DNA of 64,000 nucleotides from Candidatus Brocadiia bacterium (GTDB taxonomy: Bacteria > Planctomycetota > Brocadiia > SM23-32): positions 1-64,000 of the forward strand of contig JBKHIT010000017.1 in assembly GCA_046538485.1 (NCBI GenBank), read 5' to 3'. Position 1 is the stretch's first letter. Every line of letters begins with the position of its first letter. Below the pieces are notes generated by a model, which was not told the DNA's origin, did not search any database, and was given only the letters and a program-made list of their open reading frames with translations. Positions 60,620 to 64,000 of this stretch are shown here, one piece after another. The translations under genes were made by a program, and so were the position numbers.

Positions 60620-61342
60620 CTATTGCGTGATTTTTCCTTTCACGGAGACTTCAACTGTTTCCAACGGGATATCACGACCGCTTTTCTCGATCGCGTTGCG
60701 GGCGATTCTGAGCAGACCGTGACAGCACGGCACTTCCATGTGCGCGACAGTCAGCGATTGAATCTCATTGCGTTTCAGAATTTCGGTGAGTTTTTCTTCG
60801 TAATACGCCCCGTCATCGAGTTTGGGACACCCCACCAGGAGACGTTTTTTCTGGAGAAGCTGTCCGTGAAAATTCGCCAGGGCAAACGGAACGCAGTCAG
60901 CTGCCAGAAGAAGCTCGGCGCCTTCGAGAAAAGCCGCCCCGGCCGGAACAAGATGCAATTGGACAGGCCATTGCCGCAATGCGCTATCTGACGACGAGGT
61001 GCCAGCGGACCTCTCCGGAGAATCACTGAAGTCCATATCCATGAAAGCTGCTCCCGGGCAGCCGGACGGTTTATCTGCACTCGGGTTGTCTTCTTCCGCC
61101 GTTCCCGCCTGCTTCTGCTCCACCGCTTCCTCGTCAAATTCAGCGGCGTCCCGCTCTTCCAACGTAATGGCCCCCTGCGGGCACTCCCCCAGACAAGCGC
61201 CCAGGCCATCGCAGTAACGCTCATCCACCAGCTTAGCCTTCCCATCGACGATCTGCAAGGCGCCTTCTTCGCAGTTGGGGATACATTCCCCGCACCCGTT
61301 ACATTTCTCTTCATCTATTTTTACTATTGTTCGAACGACCAT
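60620..61342 (-). CDS. 4Fe-4S dicluster protein of hcp operons
   Basis: CNGCGECIPNC, CDGLGACLGECP, GCPG, QWPVQL, AADC, GCPKLDD, MEVPCC. Confidence 0.9.
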   Translation of the reverse strand: MVVRTIVKIDEEKCNGCGECIPNCEEGALQIVDGKAKLVDERYCDGLGACLGECPQGAITLEERDAAEFDEEAVEQKQAGTAEEDNPSADKPSGCPGAAFMDMDFSDSPERSAGTSSSDSALRQWPVQLHLVPAGAAFLEGAELLLAADCVPFALANFHGQLLQKKRLLVGCPKLDDGAYYEEKLTEILKRNEIQSLTVAHMEVPCCHGLLRIARNAIEKSGRDIPLETVEVSVKGKITQ

Positions 61343-61357
61343 GCGCTCCCCTTTCCA

Positions 61358-61380
61358 AATAGGACTTTTAGGCTCCTGTT
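61358..61380. promoter_or_regulatory. Putative Rrf2 operator (internal copy)
   Basis: AATAGGA-N9-TCCTGTT, one mismatch to the box at 62156. Confidence 0.55.
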
Positions 61381-61394
61381 TATCGTAAAAATTT

Positions 61395-61694
61395 TTACTC
61401 TCTTTCCGGTGGTGCGTCTTCCGGGGCATTGCCGATGGCAAAATCGCGGGCGTTCTCGGGATCGAGCCCACTTTCTTTAAGCCGCCCGAGACATTGTTCG
61501 GCGTATTCACACCACTCGAGACATCCGAGGTCGGCTTTGGGGTTTGCGACACGTTTTCCGCACGCGGGACATCTTCGGGCGATCTCATCGGGCCAGAACT
61601 CAACCTTCTGCCCGCATTCGCCGCAGTTCGCAACAGCGATCTGTTCGGGCTTGAGAAAGCGGCTGTCCTGGCCGGGACAGTGTTCGGGACTCAT
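61395..61694 (-). CDS. Small Cys-rich zinc-ribbon/Fe-S protein
   Basis: CPGQDSR, CGECG, CPACG, C-x3-C-x5-C; ATGA overlap with rrf2. Confidence 0.8.
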   Translation of the reverse strand: MSPEHCPGQDSRFLKPEQIAVANCGECGQKVEFWPDEIARRCPACGKRVANPKADLGCLEWCEYAEQCLGRLKESGLDPENARDFAIGNAPEDAPPERE

Positions 61695-62119
61695 CGCGAT
61701 TTCTCCTCCGTTTCAACCTGCATTCCGGCCGCGATATCCGCCAGATTAATCCCATCGAACCAGCTCTCAATCTCTTTTTGCAGAGTGCCAAGACGGCGGC
61801 GGAGGGCGCAGACTTTCACGTTCTCGCAGATCTCGGGATCGTCGAAACAGGCATTCACAGTAAGCGGCCCCTGAACCGCCTTCACCACATCGTGGAGTGT
61901 TATCCGGTCGGCGGACCGGGCCAGCCCGTATCCTCCGAAAGGTCCCTGGGACGATTCCACCAGCCCGGCGGTTTTGAGCCGCTGCATGATCTTGCGGAGA
62001 AAATCCTCCGGCACGCTCTCATCCTCAGCCAGCACGGACACCGGCTCCGTCTCAGCACTATGCGCCAGATGCACCATGGCCCGCAGCGCATAATCTGTAT
62101 CTCTGTGGATAATCGCCAT
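61691..62119 (-). CDS. Rrf2 family regulator (NsrR-like context)
   Basis: DTDYALRAM, FLRKIMQ.L, GPFGGY.LA, C-x6-C-x5-C. Confidence 0.92.
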   Translation of the reverse strand: MAIIHRDTDYALRAMVHLAHSAETEPVSVLAEDESVPEDFLRKIMQRLKTAGLVESSQGPFGGYGLARSADRITLHDVVKAVQGPLTVNACFDDPEICENVKVCALRRRLGTLQKEIESWFDGINLADIAAGMQVETEEKSR

Positions 62120-62131
62120 GTTACTTCCCCT

Positions 62132-62190
62132 TATAGGATTAATGTTATCTTATTTAATAGGATTTTACCACTCCTATTATGCTCTGTCAA
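62132..62190 (-). promoter_or_regulatory. Sigma70 promoter with two tandem Rrf2 operator boxes
   Basis: TTGACA (62185-62190)-17 bp-TAAAAT (62162-62167); perfect AATAGGA-N9-TCCTATT at 62156-62178 and a second imperfect box at 62132-62154. Confidence 0.75.
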
Positions 62191-62680
62191 GTCCTTTTTC
62201 GCAATGGACATCCAGGGACCGGATTGTCCGTGCATATAAGGCTCCCAGACGACCTGGACAGGAGGCGGCTTTCGATTTCCGGGGATGGGCTTTCAAAAAC
62301 AGATTCGCTGTCGCGAACCTCATATCCCGTCTCCTGGTAGCCCCTATTCCGAACGCGGGGCGATGTGTTGCAATGTTTCTTTGGATTAACGGAAAGGGGC
62401 GCAGCCCGGGGCGGTTTCAATTTCGGCGAACATCGGTTTCGCCAGCAGAGCTTACTAAATACCGTGCAGACGACATTCCGAACATGTATAAACAGAATGG
62501 CGCGGATTGCCATCTTTGGACTGCGGGGGCTTGCTGCCGCTTTGTCTTTCAGTTTGTAGATTGAATCCTTAAGCCCGGCAGGTGGACGGACGGCAGGTAG
62601 CCTGATCGAAGTAGAAACTCCCCAGCCACTAAAAACCGACACGATTCACAGCGCATATGCCTGACTCAACCAGATTTTCC

Positions 62681-62727
62681 TTGACATGAACTACAATCGA
62701 TTGAATCATTCCTGCAACCGGCTGTAG
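62681..62727 (+). promoter_or_regulatory. Promoter region with two LacI-type operators
   Basis: TTGACA at 62681; palindromes TACAATCGATTGAA (62692-62705) and TGCAACCGGCTGTA (62713-62726) with central CG. Confidence 0.6.
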
Positions 62728-62749
62728 ATAGCGCAGGGAGCCAAGTATT

Positions 62750-63607
62750 ATGGCCGTCACACTGCAGGATATCGCAGAATCCACCGGCACCGACAAGGCA
62801 ACTGTCTCGCGGGTGCTCCAGGGCAAAGCGCGCGATTATTACATCAGCCGCGAGCGGGAAGAGCGTATCAGGGAGGCCGCCCGGGATATGGGATACCGCC
62901 CCAACGGCGGCGCCCACCTGCCCCGGGTCCTGCAAGAAGAGATGACCGACGGGCTTCTGATCGCCGCCAAAAAGGATCTGCCCGACCCGATGACGAACGT
63001 CATGCGGAAAGCGGATATCCCCGCCATCTGGCTCACCCACGACCTACCCTACGACTGCATCCGGGAGGACCATGTCGGTGGGGGACAAAAGGCAACCAAC
63101 TACCTGATCGAACTCGGGCATCGTCGCATCGCCTACCTCGGCCGGAAGTGGTCCGGAATAACAAATCCCGAAAACCCGGGAGAAAAAGACGGCCGCTACG
63201 AAGGCTACACGCTCGCACTCGATAAAATCGGCGAGCAACCCCGGAAAATGGTGCCGAAAAACAAAAGCAGCGGCCGGAGAGAAACGATCCGCCGTCACCT
63301 GACCGGCGACAACCGCGCCACAGCTGTGCTGGCCGCCTGGCACGAGCTGGCCGAAGACGTCCTGCTCACCGCACTGGAACTCGGACTGCGGGTGCCCCGG
63401 GACCTTTCGGTCATGGAATTTCATCCAACCGGCAAAACCGAGAGCCACTCTCCGATCACCGCGGTAACGGTTAATGAATATCGCAAAGGAACCATTGCGG
63501 TCGAGATGTTGCAGGAAAAAATCGAGAATCCGAATCGACAACTCAAATCACACGTCATGACCATGGAACTGAGCAAAGGTCGCACCTGTGCAAAACTGAA
63601 AGATTGA
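62750..63607 (+). CDS. LacI family regulator, probably internally deleted
   Basis: VTLQDIA..TVSRVL..GYRPN; LIELGHRRIAY; LGLRVPRDLSV. Only 285 aa. Confidence 0.85.
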   Translation: MAVTLQDIAESTGTDKATVSRVLQGKARDYYISREREERIREAARDMGYRPNGGAHLPRVLQEEMTDGLLIAAKKDLPDPMTNVMRKADIPAIWLTHDLPYDCIREDHVGGGQKATNYLIELGHRRIAYLGRKWSGITNPENPGEKDGRYEGYTLALDKIGEQPRKMVPKNKSSGRRETIRRHLTGDNRATAVLAAWHELAEDVLLTALELGLRVPRDLSVMEFHPTGKTESHSPITAVTVNEYRKGTIAVEMLQEKIENPNRQLKSHVMTMELSKGRTCAKLKD

Positions 63608-63619
63608 TGGGGGAACATT

Positions 63620-64000
63620 ATGAAAGTCAAAAAAATATGTTCGCACGAGAAAAAAAGGAGAAACGGGTCCAAACTCGGGGGCTGCCGCCAGTGGGGCCAG
63701 AAACCAGCGCGGCCCGGCGCCCTCCCCGGCGGTTTCACGCTCATAGAACTGCTTGTGGTCATCGCCATCATCAGTATCCTGGCAGCGATGCTCATGCCGG
63801 CTCTGGAAAAGGCCCGGTTCCAGGCCCGAAAAGCCACCGATATCAATAACACCCGCCAGATGGTGGTCGGACTCACCTTGTATGCAAATGACCGGAACGG
63901 CAAACTGCCTCGAGGTGAACGTGGTACAGGGCCAGATTACGTCCCCCATCCGACAAATGCTTTTTTGCGAGATTCCTACACCGGTTACGAAAACATCGAC
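63620..64000 (+). CDS. Prepilin-type N-terminal cleavage/methylation (DUF1559-like) protein, truncated by the window edge
   Basis: [43 protein letters not shown]; frame open to the end. Confidence 0.9.
   Translation, partial: MKVKKICSHEKKRRNGSKLGGCRQWGQKPARPGALPGGFTLIELLVVIAIISILAAMLMPALEKARFQARKATDINNTRQMVVGLTLYANDRNGKLPRGERGTGPDYVPHPTNAFLRDSYTGYENID

Noticed and set aside
1..64000. CRISPR array, tRNA/rRNA genes, prophage or anti-phage defence island
   Set aside because: No regularly spaced repeats, cloverleafs or phage genes seen. The dGTPase, HIT and PIN/TRAM genes are housekeeping types in ordinary context.

Overview
Bacterial chromosomal window, most likely Planctomycetota/PVC (two DUF1559/H-X9-DG-type proteins, sulfatases, multi-PDZ RseP, LPS export genes), from a probably anaerobic organism. 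Family names come from motif recognition, not database searches. Bases 1-2.2 kb are an eroded mobile zone: an IS ORF with a -1 slippery site, REP-like hairpins, a RAYT transposase remnant and an internally deleted BNR protein. Bases 2.2-42.5 kb hold mostly housekeeping and envelope genes (sulfatases, NSS transporter, lptB, ispD, PIN/TRAM, sigma-54 activator, dGTPase, HIT, rnpB, LptF/G, purD, glyS, FabZ-like, mnmA, rseP-dxr-ispG, GH65). The most notable locus is a 14-gene minus-strand sulfur cluster at 42.6-54.5 kb: rrf2-cysK-cysE-thi4-DUF6775-like-thiS/moaD-like-nifS-nadA-larE-nifU-thiF/moeB(frameshifted)-metY-metX-metW. In it, a Cys-type ('suicide') Thi4 thiazole synthase is translationally coupled to a metallopeptidase-like protein lacking the catalytic motif and to a Gly-Gly sulfur carrier. 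This suggests a sulfur-relay-assisted or repairable Thi4 system. The window ends with an Rrf2-hcp-fprA nitrosative-stress operon carrying three visible 23-bp operator boxes, a LacI gene with two operators, and the start of a prepilin/DUF1559 gene. No CRISPR array, tRNA or rRNA was seen.
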